Below are positions 63,115 to 64,000 of a stretch of 64,000 bases of DNA, piece by piece. The DNA is from Octopus sinensis (Eukaryota): the NCBI RefSeq assembly GCF_006345805.1, contig NC_043002.1:58714001-58778000 (forward strand), read 5' to 3'. Position numbers and translations under genes: made by a program. Every line of letters begins with the position of its first letter. The first letter of the stretch is position 1. Under the pieces are notes generated by a model. It saw only the letters and a list, made by a program, of their open reading frames with translations. It did no database searches and was not told the origin of the DNA.

Positions 63115-64000
63115 TTTACACCACTGCCATCATTATCCATTGAAACGTGGAAGAGAGATACCAGCTGGTCTGAGTGCTCTCTACCCACAATAACTAAAAA
63201 GACTACAGCAACTCAGGGAAACTAAGCCAGAACAACCTGCCATCCTCTACACACCATCATAAACTGCGAGCAGGGTACAAATTGTTGTCCTTAAATGCTC
63301 GCAGTTTATGCAACAAAATACATTTGTTCAACGCCTACGTCAGAAGTGTTGACCCTGACTTCATCACTGTCACGGAAACATGGGCGCATTCCTTACTCTG
63401 TGATGGGGTTTTCAACATTACGGGGTACAACCTCTTCCGTAAGGACCGCACTAACCGCCGTGGTGGTGGTGTGATGGTCTACGTTCGTTCAAATTTTTTG
63501 GTAATTCCTTGTGCCGATTTGAACGAATCACAAGAAGAAGTTTTTTCTGTGACGTGCGTATGACCATGTCAACACTCCTGCTTGGCGTTGTTTATCGTCC
63601 CCCAAGTTACCATCGGGACACACAGCTTTGCAATGTCCTCCGAGCTGCTGCCAGGAAAACAGCCACTTATGTGTTTATTGCAGGCGATTTCAATCATCCT
63701 GAGATCGATTGGGAGACCTTCCATTGGCCACAGAGTGCAAACGATTTTGTTGAGCTTGTGCTGGACTCAAACTGGTCACAAGTAGTCACCTCTCCAACAA
63801 GAGGCGACAACACCTTGGACCTGCTCTTCACCACAACTCCTGAAGCGGTTATCAATTGCACTACGGAGGAACCTCTAGGTGACTCTGATCATGCTATGAT
63901 CATCGCCAATCTGGCTCTTGCGGGCAACAAAAACCTGAACCATCTCCAATCTGCTTCCTTCGATTGGAAGAGAGCAGATTGGAACCTGTACCACACTGAA
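63115..64000 (+). mobile_element. Second CR1 copy (5' part), within the tandem duplication
   Basis: No difference seen from 59430-60315, including the same T6 frameshift near 63540. Confidence 0.92.

Larger units (their letters stand above)
58849..64000 (+). repeat. Head-to-tail tandem duplication, period 3685-3688 bp
   Basis: Sequence from 58863 recurs at 62551. ORFs 58911/62599, 59247/62932 and 59597/63282 translate identically. The breakpoint lies in (TAC)n and the second copy runs off the window. Confidence 0.93.

Noticed and set aside
1-64000. CRISPR arrays, rRNA, intact tRNA or prokaryotic systems
   Set aside because: No repeat-spacer array or rRNA motif was seen. The tRNA-like sequences are SINE heads or pseudogenes.

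Overview
AT-rich, microsatellite- and SINE-dense animal genomic DNA. The repeat families look like those of Octopus/coleoid cephalopods; this is recognition from memory, not a search. Only one host gene is supported. Five in-frame GT-AG exons on the minus strand (56052-55934, 50113-49949, 40705-40589, 37028-36855, 33614-33171) encode a strongly diverged clathrin heavy chain N-terminal beta-propeller. The frame leaves clathrin homology after the first linker helix, runs through a low-complexity N/T/S tail and stops at 33171. This looks like a stand-alone clathrin terminal-domain protein whose 5' exons lie outside the window, and it is the top finding. The rest is mobile DNA: (1) a 5'-truncated R4/Dong LINE inserted in the (TAA)n tract of a tRNA-headed repeat that carries a minimal hammerhead ribozyme; (2) a very young 1.84 kb Gypsy element with identical LTRs and a 5-bp TSD that keeps only integrase; (3) a near-intact CR1-type LINE inside an almost identical 3.69 kb tandem duplication; (4) mariner and RTE relics, hAT and piggyBac-type MITEs, a tRNA-Asp pseudogene, several hammerhead-like motifs and many fold-back inverted repeats. 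Coordinates of degraded repeats are approximate.
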